DNA of 64,000 bases from an uncultured Candidatus Saccharibacteria bacterium. Lineage in GTDB: Bacteria > Patescibacteriota > Minisyncoccia > Phycocordibacterales > UBA9973. This document shows positions 52,088-61,904 of the stretch, piece by piece (positions within the stretch are counted from its first letter, which is position 1; each line of letters starts with the position of its first letter). Under the pieces are notes generated by a model. That model ran no database searches. It saw only the letters and a program-made list of their open reading frames with translations, and was not told where the DNA came from. A program made the position numbers and the translations under genes. The stretch spans positions 99,467 through 163,466 of the forward strand of contig CAZYIA010000002.1 in assembly GCA_964646765.1 (NCBI GenBank), in the 5' to 3' direction.

Positions 52088-54724
52088 ATGTTTGACCAAG
52101 TATGGTTATTTCTAAAGCTCCGTATTTTTTCCGAGAAGGTTCTCATCGGAGCTTTTGTATTTATTTCTCTCTATACAGGCGCCTTATACGCATTTGCGGT
52201 TACGTATGTAAACCCGGGAGATGTTCTTGATCCTTCAGGATTGCCTGGGAGTTACACAGTTCGAATATTTCCCAATCAAGCCGGCCATGCTGGAGAGTAC
52301 CTCACTACCGATGGCTCAGGAAATCTAAGCTGGGATTCAGTCTCTGGTTCCGGTAGTCCTGCGGGGAGTGATGGAGAAGTGCAGTTTAATAATGGAGGCT
52401 CTTTTGGAGCTTCGTCTCATTTTTTCTGGGATAACAGCACTAATCGTTTGGGAATAAAGACAAATACTCCGGAAGCGAGTCTGCATCTGCTAGCTTCGCA
52501 AAATATTATTCCAGGAACCCCCGGCACTATCGGTTCAACTTCCTATACTCCCACTGGTCCAGGAGAGCTTGATGACGCGACATTTGGCGGAGATTACTCT
52601 GGAGACAGCGATTGTACAATTGCTGCAGGCATCGCAACGACAGCCCCAGGAAATGGCCATACCAATGATGAATTTATCTGGGGGTATGTAAGCGGTTCTT
52701 GCAGTGGGGGGTCAGGCACTCCGACTGAAATCACCCCAGGAGCTCCTCAGGCTCTTGAGAATGGCATTACGATTACTTTTGCATCAGGAACCGGTCATAC
52801 ACCGTTAGGTGAAGATTTTAGTTCAATTTGGACAGCGGCGGTTACCGCAGGTACTCCAGATACTACGAGCGCTGGAGATGATCCGTTTTTGATCACGAAT
52901 AGTGATGATGCCACTGTATTTAAGGTGGCAAACGACGGCAGAATTTCGGTAGGAGGTAGCATCGGTTCGTCTACCGTATTAATTCACGCTCTTGAAGGCT
53001 ACCGGGCGCTGACGATTCGTAACTTTGACGACAGCAGCCTTCTTTTTTCCATTGATGATTTAGGGGATGCCGATTTGTTTGGTGATTTAAGCGTTGGAGG
53101 TAATTCCTTGGCTGTAAACGGAGTTGATTATACGTGGCCTAGTTCCCAAGCTGGTGGTTCCGGGTATGTTCTTACAAACGATGGTTCGGGTGGGTTATCT
53201 TGGACAGTGCCAGATGGTGGAGGTATTACTGTTGACGCAACAAGTTATAATATCTTTTCCGATAATATAAATGCTGGTACTTCACTTACTAGCGGTACAA
53301 CAAATACTTTTTTTGGTCGGCATGCAGGATCTATTAATACCGAGGGTTCAAGTAATATTTTCATTGGACCATATTCTGGATCCTCAAATACGACAGGCAA
53401 CAACAATGTGTTTTTAGGTTCAAATGCTGGTTTTACTAGCATGATGGGAGACGATAATATTTTTATCGGGACTAATGCTGGGTATCAGGCAAATGCCGCT
53501 CAGTATAATGTTTTCTTAGGTGCAGGTGCGGGCTACTCAAATCTTTCAGGAAATTTAAATGTTGCTATTGGGTATAATGCAGGATCTGTTGCTTCTAATT
53601 ATCAAAATACCTTTATTGGCGCTTATGCGGACGCCACAATTAATACAGTCACTGAATCTATAGCACTTGGCTCTTATTCTAAAGTTAGCAATTCAAATAC
53701 ATTTGTCGCAGGTTCACAAAACGCTCCAATAACAGATGTATATTTTGGTGGAGGAGAGCATCTCGATTGGATGTACGCACCATTCGGTTATACAATTCAC
53801 GGCACCGATGCTAATGGTAATAATTTAAAAGGCGGAGACATTACTCTTATGTCAGGAGCGGGAAGCGGAAATGCTGATGGAGGAGATATTCGCATCGGGG
53901 TCGCTCCGGGCGGTTCTTGCGGCACTCCATCATCTGGCAGTACAAACGGCACGCTGTGTCGTGGGATTTTCGTTTCAGGCAATTACGGAGAAGTAAGTTT
54001 CGGATCATATACCCAATCTCCGGGAACGTTTTACACATTCCCATATAATGACGGCTCGAGCGGTGATGTTCTCGTAACCGACGGTGCCGGTGTTATAACT
54101 TGGGAAGATCCAAGCCTGCTTCCATCTGATATCTCTCTTAAAACAAACATAAACCCGATTTCCTATGGACTCGAAACTCTAGAGAATCTTCGCCCCGTTT
54201 CTTATACCTTGATTGCCTCAGGACGTCCGCAGGTTGGTTTTATCGCCCAGGAGGTTGAAACAGTTGTGCCTGAATTGGTCGGGGTAATCTCGGGAGATAA
54301 AAAAGGAATTCAATACGGCCAGCTCTCAGCGGTGATTGTAAAAGCGATTCAGGAGCTCGACCTTAAGGTACAAAACCTTGAATTGCTTACCGGAGAGGCA
54401 ACTTCAATTGCCGGTCAGTTTACAGAAACGATTCTCCGTGTAAAAAGCATCGTCTTTGGATCGTCTGAAGACCCAACAGGATTTACCATGTATGATACCG
54501 TCACTAAAGAACCGTATTGCGTAACACTTACTAGCGGAGATTTCGTTAAAACCCCGGGTGTTTGCGGTGAAGACAGTAATTTAGGATCTTCTGGAAGTGG
54601 AGACGGCGATGATATTCAAACAGAGGAAACCGTTACTCCGGATGAGCAAGAAGAAGGTGGAAGCGGAGAAGAAATTACTACGGAAAATCCTTCTCCTCAA
54701 GCGGAGCCTGCTCCTATAGAGTAA
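52088..54724 (+). CDS. Tail-fiber-like surface protein: N-terminal transmembrane anchor and family box shared with 16951 and 18256, Gly/Ser-rich hinge, beta-helix-like N.F.G..AG repeats, C-terminal phage intramolecular-chaperone (peptidase S74-like) domain, acidic tail
   Basis: The N-terminus is KVLIGAFVFISLYTGALYAFAVTYVNPGDVLDPSGLPGSYTV...GSGNLSWD. Repeats read NIFIGPYSGSSNTTGNNNVFLGSNAGFTS / NIFIGTNAGYQANAAQYNVFLGAGAGYS. The C-terminal chaperone region is SDISLKTNINPISYGLETLENLRPVSYTL...QVGFIAQEVETVVPELV. Confidence 0.6.
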   Translation: MFDQVWLFLKLRIFSEKVLIGAFVFISLYTGALYAFAVTYVNPGDVLDPSGLPGSYTVRIFPNQAGHAGEYLTTDGSGNLSWDSVSGSGSPAGSDGEVQFNNGGSFGASSHFFWDNSTNRLGIKTNTPEASLHLLASQNIIPGTPGTIGSTSYTPTGPGELDDATFGGDYSGDSDCTIAAGIATTAPGNGHTNDEFIWGYVSGSCSGGSGTPTEITPGAPQALENGITITFASGTGHTPLGEDFSSIWTAAVTAGTPDTTSAGDDPFLITNSDDATVFKVANDGRISVGGSIGSSTVLIHALEGYRALTIRNFDDSSLLFSIDDLGDADLFGDLSVGGNSLAVNGVDYTWPSSQAGGSGYVLTNDGSGGLSWTVPDGGGITVDATSYNIFSDNINAGTSLTSGTTNTFFGRHAGSINTEGSSNIFIGPYSGSSNTTGNNNVFLGSNAGFTSMMGDDNIFIGTNAGYQANAAQYNVFLGAGAGYSNLSGNLNVAIGYNAGSVASNYQNTFIGAYADATINTVTESIALGSYSKVSNSNTFVAGSQNAPITDVYFGGGEHLDWMYAPFGYTIHGTDANGNNLKGGDITLMSGAGSGNADGGDIRIGVAPGGSCGTPSSGSTNGTLCRGIFVSGNYGEVSFGSYTQSPGTFYTFPYNDGSSGDVLVTDGAGVITWEDPSLLPSDISLKTNINPISYGLETLENLRPVSYTLIASGRPQVGFIAQEVETVVPELVGVISGDKKGIQYGQLSAVIVKAIQELDLKVQNLELLTGEATSIAGQFTETILRVKSIVFGSSEDPTGFTMYDTVTKEPYCVTLTSGDFVKTPGVCGEDSNLGSSGSGDGDDIQTEETVTPDEQEEGGSGEEITTENPSPQAEPAPIE

Positions 54725-54778
54725 ACATATACACAGCGCTCTCTCCCGTTTCAGCCGTCTAATCGGTATACTAGGGGA

Positions 54779-56167
54779 ATGCAAGCTTCGGGAGAGAAGA
54801 GTCTCTCTATTACATTTTGTTCTGGCGCCGGTACGGTTACCGGGGCTAATTTTTTAGTCGAAGCAAAAAATCCGGACGGCACGAGTACAAAGTTTCTCGT
54901 TGACTGTGGTCTTATTCAAAATACCAGTATTGCTGACCCAGTGAATTGGCAGCCGTGGCCTTATAACGCTTCCGAAATTGAAGCACTGATTATTACACAC
55001 TCACATATTGATCATATTGGCCGCATTCCTAAACTTATTAAAGATGGTTTTCGTGGCCGAATTCTTTCAACGGTGCCAACAAAGGAGTTGGTCAAACCAA
55101 TGCTTGAAGATACCGCAGCGATTTTGGGTCATGAAAAGGAGCTCAAGCTCAACGAAATTTATAATTCCGAAACTATTAACCAGGCTTTAAAGCTTTGGGA
55201 AGGAATCCCATATCATCAGGAATTTCAAATTGGGGAAGTGCGTGGTCGCTTCTTAGATGCTGGCCATATTTTAGGTTCAGCTATGGCATCGCTTCGCTTT
55301 GGTGAAAAAACCACTGTCTTTACTGGTGATCTTGGTAACTCACCATCACCAATTTTGAAGGATACTGAGCCGTTAGGAACCGTTGATTATCTCGTCATGG
55401 AAAGTGTGTATGGTGATCGTAACCATGAAGCGCGTGACGAACGCAAGCGTCGTCTTGAGGGAGTCATTGAGGATAACTATAAGCGTCGTGGCACACTCGT
55501 GATTCCAACATTTTCTCTTGAACGCAGCCAAGAACTGCTCTATGAAATTGGTACGCTCGTTGAAGAAAAACGCATTCCAGAAATGCCAGTATACTTCGAT
55601 TCACCACTTGGTATTAAACTTACCAGTGTCTATCGTTCGTTTACTAATTACTTAAATGAAGAAGCTCAAAACTGGTTGAAACATGATGACGATCTTTTCT
55701 CATTTCCAGGGCTCAAAGTCACTCCGGAAACTGACGACTCAAAAGCCATCGTGCATACCTCTGACCCAAAAATTATTATTGCTGGTAGTGGTATGAGTAA
55801 CGGCGGCCGTATTACGCATCACGAGCACAATTACTTACCAAATCCAAACAACACCTTATTACTTACTGGGTATCAATCAATGGGAACTCTTGGCCGAGCG
55901 ATTGAAGACGGAGCCAAAGTAGTGCGCATTCATGGAGATGAAGTTCCTGTAAAAGCTCACATAGAAAAAATTAGTGGCTACTCAGGTCATAAAGATCGTG
56001 ATCATCTGGTGGACTTTGTAGGAGCAGTGAGCGATCAGGTGCAACGTGTCTTTGTGGTGATGGGAGAACCACATTCATCCCTTTTTCTTACTCAACGACT
56101 TCGTGATTTCTTGGGTGTGCAAGCAGAAGCACCAGATGCTGGTACCAGTGTAACCCTTCAGTGTTAA
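54779..56167 (+). CDS. Metallo-beta-lactamase / beta-CASP family ribonuclease (RNA-metabolising MBL)
   Basis: The MBL motif is ITHSHIDHIGRIP, with a downstream beta-CASP region and a C-terminal RMMBL-like histidine (ISGYSGHKDRDHL). Confidence 0.6.
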   Translation: MQASGEKSLSITFCSGAGTVTGANFLVEAKNPDGTSTKFLVDCGLIQNTSIADPVNWQPWPYNASEIEALIITHSHIDHIGRIPKLIKDGFRGRILSTVPTKELVKPMLEDTAAILGHEKELKLNEIYNSETINQALKLWEGIPYHQEFQIGEVRGRFLDAGHILGSAMASLRFGEKTTVFTGDLGNSPSPILKDTEPLGTVDYLVMESVYGDRNHEARDERKRRLEGVIEDNYKRRGTLVIPTFSLERSQELLYEIGTLVEEKRIPEMPVYFDSPLGIKLTSVYRSFTNYLNEEAQNWLKHDDDLFSFPGLKVTPETDDSKAIVHTSDPKIIIAGSGMSNGGRITHHEHNYLPNPNNTLLLTGYQSMGTLGRAIEDGAKVVRIHGDEVPVKAHIEKISGYSGHKDRDHLVDFVGAVSDQVQRVFVVMGEPHSSLFLTQRLRDFLGVQAEAPDAGTSVTLQC

Positions 56168-56170
56168 TGT

Positions 56171-56800
56171 ATGGCAACCAATCCAACTACACTTCTTTGT
56201 TATAACGGTCCAATTGGTAACGGTGATAAACATAATCACCTCAAACGTAAAATTGGAATTGCTGGTGCTTCTGAAACAGTACAGTGGGGCGGTACCGTAC
56301 TCGATACCGCAAAAGAAGTTGGGAAAGAAGTTGTTAAACAAGGAGGAATTTTGTTAACAGGAGCAGAAAGTGGTTTTGCGCTGTGGGCTTCCATGGGAGC
56401 GAAAGAAGAACGGGGAATTGTGATTGGTATTTCTCCTGCAGTTTCTGAAGAAGAACATGTAAATGTGTATCGGTATCCGCTTGATTACACTGACCTTATT
56501 GTCTATACCGGTTTTGGTCTTGCTGGTCGCGATCTTCTTTTTACCCGTAGTTGCGATGCTGTCGTTATTGGTGCTGGCCGTACTGGCACTATTCATGAAT
56601 TTACAGTTGCGTACGAAGACGAAAAACCGATCGGAGTACTCGAAGGCCCTGGAAGTATTGCCGAAATTGCTCGCGATATTATTACTCGTGGCGGGCATCC
56701 AGCTGACAATGTTATTTTCTCTGCTTCTCCAAAAGAACTTATTACGAAACTTATGAAAATGCTCGATGAGCGAAAAGTAACAGAAGCCCATCTTCGTTAA
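56171..56800 (+). CDS. TIGR00725/LOG-like Rossmann-fold nucleotide-binding protein
   Basis: The protein has KIGIAGASE...GGILLTGAESGFALWASMGAKE...CDAVVIGAGRTGTIHEF, which is the pattern of the LOG/SLOG superfamily. Confidence 0.5.
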   Translation: MATNPTTLLCYNGPIGNGDKHNHLKRKIGIAGASETVQWGGTVLDTAKEVGKEVVKQGGILLTGAESGFALWASMGAKEERGIVIGISPAVSEEEHVNVYRYPLDYTDLIVYTGFGLAGRDLLFTRSCDAVVIGAGRTGTIHEFTVAYEDEKPIGVLEGPGSIAEIARDIITRGGHPADNVIFSASPKELITKLMKMLDERKVTEAHLR

Positions 56801-56801
56801 T

Positions 56802-59243
56802 ATGTCGACCATCCAGGGCTTAACACACGCCGAAGCAGTAGCGCGTCTCAGTAAGGAAGGTTATAACCGCGTTGGTGGGCAAGAACATCAATCAGCACTC
56901 CGTACGTTTCTTGCTGAATTCAAAAGTCCGTTAGTCTTGCTTCTCATTGGAGCCGCTTCTATCTCCTTTATTTCAGGATCGTACGCCAGTGCGACGCTTA
57001 TTATCATCATTATTTTAGTCAGTTCGGTTATTGATTTTTGGATTTCACACAAATCAGAACGAGCCGCTCAGGCGCTCGCGGAAAAAATTGCCGAGCATGC
57101 AACTGTTATTCGGGAAGGACGAGAACTTGAAGTTCCGATTGAAACAGTGGTTCCCGGAGATATTGCTGTGCTTGAAGCAGGTTCACTTGTTCCTGCTGAC
57201 GGTGTGGTCGTTGATGGTACTGATTTATTTTTAAACGAGTCGTCCTTAACAGGAGAATCGTTGCCCGTTGAAAAAGGCAAAGGCTTGCCAGTGTATCTTG
57301 GTTCCGGTGTGGTTACTGGGCATGCTTATATTGAGATAACCGCAACAGGTAAAAAGACAAAATTTTATGACATTGTTGCGTTACTTTCTTCTCGTGAGCG
57401 CGCCAGTAGCTTTGAAACCGGTATCCGCGACTTTAGTTTTCTGGTAGCAAAAGTTGCCGTTCTGATGGCAGCTGTTGTATTTGGAGCAAATGTTTTTGCG
57501 CATCGTGATATTCTAGAGTCTCTCATTTTTGCTTTGGCAATTGCTGTTGGTGTGACTCCTGAACTTTTACCAATGATCATTGCGTTTAATGTGTCACGAG
57601 CATCTATTCGAATGGCCGATGGGGGAGTTATTGTGAAGCGCCTCTCCGCAATCGAAAATTTTGGAAGCATTGATATTCTCTGTACTGACAAAACCGGGAC
57701 GTTAACAGAAGATCGAATTGCCGTTGTGAAGTATCTCAATAGTGATGGGGTAGAATCACTCGACGTTCTAAAAGATGCCTATTTAACCAGTGCATTCCAT
57801 TCAGGGGTTCGCAATCCGCTTAATGAAGCAATTATCAGTTATCGCGATTTTGATCTTTCACCTTATCAAAAAATTGAGGAAATACCGTTTGATTTTGAAC
57901 GCCGACGAGACAGTATTGTCGTTGGTGAAAATGGTATACGGACCTTAATAGCGAAAGGTGCACCAGAAAATATTTTGCCGGTGGTAACGCTTTCAAGCAC
58001 GGAAAAAGAAAAGGCGAATGCTCTTTTTACCGCACTTTCTAAGGATGGGTATCGAGTTCTTGCTGTTGCCCGAAAAGAAGGTATTGAAGCCAAAGATAAC
58101 TATACTCGCGAAGATGAAAAAGAGATGACTTTCGATGGCTTTATTGCTTTTATTGATCCACCAAAACCTGGAGTAAAGCCAATACTTGATATGCTCAAGG
58201 CGCGAGGCATTAGCATTAAAGTTATTACCGGAGATCATCCTTTAGTTGCTGAGAGGGTTGCTAAAGATGTTGGTCTATCAGTACAGTCGTTGGTGACTGC
58301 AGAAGAAATTGATGCACTTTCTGATGAAGCACTTCGTGAACGTGCCGAGCATACAACTATTTTTGCTCGAGTTACGCCAGTTCAAAAAAATCGTATTATC
58401 CAAGCGCTTCAGGCAAAGGGCCATATTGTTGGGTATATGGGAGATGGTATCAATGATGCTCCGGCACTGCGTACTGCGGATGTTGGTATTTCTGTAAACA
58501 ATGCAGTAGATGTTGCTCGTGAGGCCGCAGATATTATTCTTACTCAGAAAAGCTTGAAGCAGTTGAAAGATGGAGTAATTGAAGGTCGCCGTACTTTTGC
58601 AAATACAACAAAATATATTACGATGGCCGTCTCCTCTAATTTTGGGAATATGTTCTCAATGACTGGAGCATCATTTATTTTGCCATTTCTCCCGATGCTT
58701 CCAGTGCAAATTTTGCTCAATAACTTACTCTATGAAAGTTCACAGTTCTCACTTGGCTTTGATACTGTTGAGGATGAAATTTTAAATAAGCCAAACCCGT
58801 GGGATATCGCTTTTATCAAAAAATTCATGGTGGTGTTTGGCACGGTTAGTTCGCTGTTCGATTTTCTAACCTTTTTCCTTTTGTATAAAGTGTTTGCGCT
58901 CTCAGGGGCAACATTTCAAACCGGCTGGTTTATTGAATCATTTGCCACTCAGGTGCTTGTGGTCTTTGTGATTCGAACGCATAAGTCATTTATTAAAGCC
59001 AACCGAGCAAAGCCTGTAGTGATTATCGCTATTCTCGGGGCTCTCTTAGTTGCCTGGGCTATTGCGCTAACCGGACTTGGCGCACTCTTTGGATTTACTC
59101 CACTACCGTTGCCCCTTATTGTAGCCATTGGCATCATTGTTCTTGCTTACCTTTTTGTTGTTGAAGTTGTGAAGCATTTCTTCTACTCATGGACTACTGT
59201 TGGTAGACGAGTAAAACATGTTCACGTAAATGTGGCAGCATAA
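56802..59243 (+). CDS. Cation-transporting P-type ATPase (MgtA/Ca2+-ATPase-like)
   Basis: The phosphorylation motif is ICTDKTGTLTED. The hinge MGDGINDAPALRTADVGISV, the TGES motif (LTGES) and ten transmembrane helices are present. The N-terminus GLTHAEAVARLSKEGYNRV resembles MgtA. Confidence 0.8.
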   Translation: MSTIQGLTHAEAVARLSKEGYNRVGGQEHQSALRTFLAEFKSPLVLLLIGAASISFISGSYASATLIIIIILVSSVIDFWISHKSERAAQALAEKIAEHATVIREGRELEVPIETVVPGDIAVLEAGSLVPADGVVVDGTDLFLNESSLTGESLPVEKGKGLPVYLGSGVVTGHAYIEITATGKKTKFYDIVALLSSRERASSFETGIRDFSFLVAKVAVLMAAVVFGANVFAHRDILESLIFALAIAVGVTPELLPMIIAFNVSRASIRMADGGVIVKRLSAIENFGSIDILCTDKTGTLTEDRIAVVKYLNSDGVESLDVLKDAYLTSAFHSGVRNPLNEAIISYRDFDLSPYQKIEEIPFDFERRRDSIVVGENGIRTLIAKGAPENILPVVTLSSTEKEKANALFTALSKDGYRVLAVARKEGIEAKDNYTREDEKEMTFDGFIAFIDPPKPGVKPILDMLKARGISIKVITGDHPLVAERVAKDVGLSVQSLVTAEEIDALSDEALRERAEHTTIFARVTPVQKNRIIQALQAKGHIVGYMGDGINDAPALRTADVGISVNNAVDVAREAADIILTQKSLKQLKDGVIEGRRTFANTTKYITMAVSSNFGNMFSMTGASFILPFLPMLPVQILLNNLLYESSQFSLGFDTVEDEILNKPNPWDIAFIKKFMVVFGTVSSLFDFLTFFLLYKVFALSGATFQTGWFIESFATQVLVVFVIRTHKSFIKANRAKPVVIIAILGALLVAWAIALTGLGALFGFTPLPLPLIVAIGIIVLAYLFVVEVVKHFFYSWTTVGRRVKHVHVNVAA

Positions 59244-59244
59244 T

Positions 59245-59278
59245 AAAAAAAATCTCCGCCGAGCGGAGATTTTTTTAT
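59245..59278. terminator. Bidirectional rho-independent terminator
   Basis: aaaaaaaatctccgccgagcggagattttttt lies between convergent genes. Confidence 0.65.
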
Positions 59279-59287
59279 TCCAGAGTA

Positions 59288-59632
59288 TTACGAGAGGCTC
59301 TTAGCGAGACGCTCGAATGTTTCAGGGTGGTGTTCAGCAATTTGAGCGAGAACCTTTCGATCGAGAGCGATGCCTTTTTTCTTGAGAGCACCAATCATCT
59401 TTGAGTAGGAGAGACCAAAAGCTTTTGCAGATGAACCAAGCTTGATGTTCCAGAGACCGCGGTTTTCAGTCTTTTTCTTTCGGCGATCGCGGAAAGCGTA
59501 CTTACCAGCGTGCTTGATAGCTTCCTTAGCTGCTGCTTCCTTAGATTTTCGGCCGAAGCGATATCCTTTCGTTTGAGAGAGGACATTGCGGCGGCGCTTC
59601 ATTTTTATAACACCTCGTTTGACGCGTGACAT
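59288..59632 (-). CDS. rplT: 50S ribosomal protein L20
   Basis: MSRVKRGVIKMKRRRNVLSQTKGYRFGRK...YAFRDRRKKK matches L20. Confidence 0.9.
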   Translation of the reverse strand: MSRVKRGVIKMKRRRNVLSQTKGYRFGRKSKEAAAKEAIKHAGKYAFRDRRKKKTENRGLWNIKLGSSAKAFGLSYSKMIGALKKKGIALDRKVLAQIAEHHPETFERLAKSLS

Positions 59633-59635
59633 AGA

Positions 59636-59824
59636 CTAGCTGAATGGCAAGAGGCGGCTCTTGTCTTTATTCTTCATGGTAAATTCGACACCTTTCTTTC
59701 GACCGAGCTGTTTCACTCGACGCTCTTTGGCGTTGAAGTGGTTGCCACCCGGTTTGCGACCGATGAGCTTACCATTCTTGGTGAGCTTGAGGCGCTTTGC
59801 AACTGCTTTGTTTGTTTTTGGCAT
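59636..59824 (-). CDS. rpmI: 50S ribosomal protein L35
   Basis: MPKTNKAVAKRLKLTKNGKLIGRKPGGNHF matches L35. It sits between infC and rplT. Confidence 0.85.
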   Translation of the reverse strand: MPKTNKAVAKRLKLTKNGKLIGRKPGGNHFNAKERRVKQLGRKKGVEFTMKNKDKSRLLPFS

Positions 59825-59841
59825 GTTGTTTTACTACTAAA

Positions 59842-60387
59842 TTACTTACTAGGTTCGGTCTTTGCCTTCTTTGCGTTATCGCGCTCAATAGTGAGTTGGA
59901 GTCCTTTCGGGCCGCGCTTAACTTCTTCGGCAATTTTCCAGTTTTCGGTGATGAGTTTTAATACTCGATCAAGCCGTTCTTTCAAAAACCTCTCTTCCAT
60001 GTACTTTGTGCGACCTGAAAGGAACAGTTCAACTTTAATGCGATGGCCTTCAGCGAGCCAGTTTGAAGCTTGCTTCGCTTTGAGCTCGAGGTCGTGTTCG
60101 CCAGTTCCTACTTTTACCTGAATGGCTTTAGTTTCGGTTGGCTTAGCGCCTGCGCGCATTTTCTTGGCCTTTTTGGCTTCCGCATACTGATACTTGCCGT
60201 AGTCAGCAATTTTAGCAACCGGGGGAGTAGCGTTTGGGGCAACCTCAATGAGGTCAAGTCCAACACTTTGTGCTCGAGCGAGAGCATCTTTCGTGGCCAT
60301 AACGCCAAGATTTTCGCCATTCTCGCCGACAACCCGAAGTTCGGCTGCGCGGATAAAGTTGTTTATTCGTTCTCGCAAGTTATACAA
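59842..60387 (-). CDS. infC: Translation initiation factor IF-3 (non-ATG start, listed with TTG)
   Basis: INNFIRAAELRVVGENGENLGVMATKDALARAQSVGLDLIEVAPNATPPVAKIADYGK matches the IF3 N- and C-terminal domains. Unusual start codons are typical for infC. Confidence 0.85.
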   Translation of the reverse strand: MYNLRERINNFIRAAELRVVGENGENLGVMATKDALARAQSVGLDLIEVAPNATPPVAKIADYGKYQYAEAKKAKKMRAGAKPTETKAIQVKVGTGEHDLELKAKQASNWLAEGHRIKVELFLSGRTKYMEERFLKERLDRVLKLITENWKIAEEVKRGPKGLQLTIERDNAKKAKTEPSK

Positions 60388-60475
60388 AACGGCGTACTTC
60401 GCTCCGGTGTGGAGTAGGAAGGAGACATACCGTAGGCACCACTATAGCGCGGAATTACTAACCTGTCAAAAGGGG

Positions 60476-61825
60476 TTACGACAGGAGCGTATTCAGAATC
60501 GCCAGTATTTCCAAGGTCCGTTTTTCGGTTAGTGCTTCTACTGTTGCACGGGCAATTGGCTCAGTATTGGAAGGACGGAGGGAAAGCCAGGAACCGTCAG
60601 AAAAATCAAGTCGAATGCCATCCTGAGTATTCTTTGTGCCTCCCGGGAAGGCAGCTTCTATCTTTTGATAGAAGGCATCCAAAGTGCCAACAAGAGGGAA
60701 TTTCATTTTTTTCATATAGGTTTTTGGAAGTTCGTCCACAATTTGAGAAAGTGGCTTACCCGTTTCAGCGAGGAGAGAAAGGATAAGAGCCATACCAGCA
60801 ATACTGTCACGACACGGATTCATAGTTGGGTAGATAATTCCGCCAGATCCTTCACCGCCGATAATACAGTTGTTTTCTAAAATTGCTTCAACTACGTTTC
60901 CTTCACCCACTTTGGCGTAGTATGTCTTTTTGCCGTAAGAAGCTGCAATCATTTCCGTTACTTTTGATGAGGTGAGATTGGTTGCAACGTCACCAGGAGT
61001 TTTTCGAAGCACGGAAAGTACGCCAAGAGCAATGGTGTATTCTTCAAACACAATTTGGCCTTTCTCGTCACAAAAAACAATGCGATCGGCATCAGGATCT
61101 TGAGCAAAACCAACCTGTGCACCCACTTTTGTTACTGTTTCAGCAAGCTTTGTTAAATGTTCTGGCAATGGTTCTGGTGTATGAGCAAAATCTCCATTTG
61201 GTGTATCGTTTAAATAGGTAACTTCGCAACCAAGTTCAGAAAGTAAGAGCTTTGCTGGTAAGATGCCGACGCTATTAATAGAGTCGAGCACAACCTTAAA
61301 GTGCATATTCCGAATGTTAGTTTTGGTTTCTTCACTCAGTTTTGAAAGTATGTGAAGTGCGTGTTTTTGAGCGAGCCCTTCGGTAATGGTAACTTCACCA
61401 TGACCAGTTGGCTCCTCTCCAAGTTCACTCATGATAGCCATAATTTCGTTAGCCTCTTCTTGGTTGGTCATTATGCCTCGGCCGGTAACAAACTTGAGGC
61501 CATTATATTGGGCAGGATTGTGTGAAGCGGTAATGATAATGGCGCCATCAAAACCCATTTCACGAACCAAAAACATAATTGATGGAGTAGGTAAAAGACC
61601 ACCGATAGTTACATTCATGTTTTCGCTCGATAGAGCGGCCGAAACAAGTGGTTCTATGGTTTCGCCAGTTTGTCGTGCGTCGCGGCCAACTAAAATACGT
61701 GAACCTCCACGTTTTTTAGTGAATTGTGCAAAAGCGCGAGAAAAGTCTCGGACAAGTTCGGGAGTGAGGCTTTCACCCCAGATAGCGCGGTAACCAGAAA
61801 CAGCTAATTTTACAGTTTGTGCCAT
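60476..61825 (-). CDS. Alpha-D-phosphohexomutase family enzyme (phosphoglucosamine mutase or phosphomannomutase-like)
   Basis: The active-site serine loop is IITASHNPAQYNGLKF. The Mg-binding FAQDPDADR and the four-domain length (449 aa) also match. Confidence 0.7.
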   Translation of the reverse strand: MAQTVKLAVSGYRAIWGESLTPELVRDFSRAFAQFTKKRGGSRILVGRDARQTGETIEPLVSAALSSENMNVTIGGLLPTPSIMFLVREMGFDGAIIITASHNPAQYNGLKFVTGRGIMTNQEEANEIMAIMSELGEEPTGHGEVTITEGLAQKHALHILSKLSEETKTNIRNMHFKVVLDSINSVGILPAKLLLSELGCEVTYLNDTPNGDFAHTPEPLPEHLTKLAETVTKVGAQVGFAQDPDADRIVFCDEKGQIVFEEYTIALGVLSVLRKTPGDVATNLTSSKVTEMIAASYGKKTYYAKVGEGNVVEAILENNCIIGGEGSGGIIYPTMNPCRDSIAGMALILSLLAETGKPLSQIVDELPKTYMKKMKFPLVGTLDAFYQKIEAAFPGGTKNTQDGIRLDFSDGSWLSLRPSNTEPIARATVEALTEKRTLEILAILNTLLS

Positions 61826-61904
61826 AGGGGAAATTCTAGCGCATCTTTCAAAATAACGGAAAATTTCTCCTTGAAATTGAAGTATTTTTAGGCTATAGTT
61901 CGGT

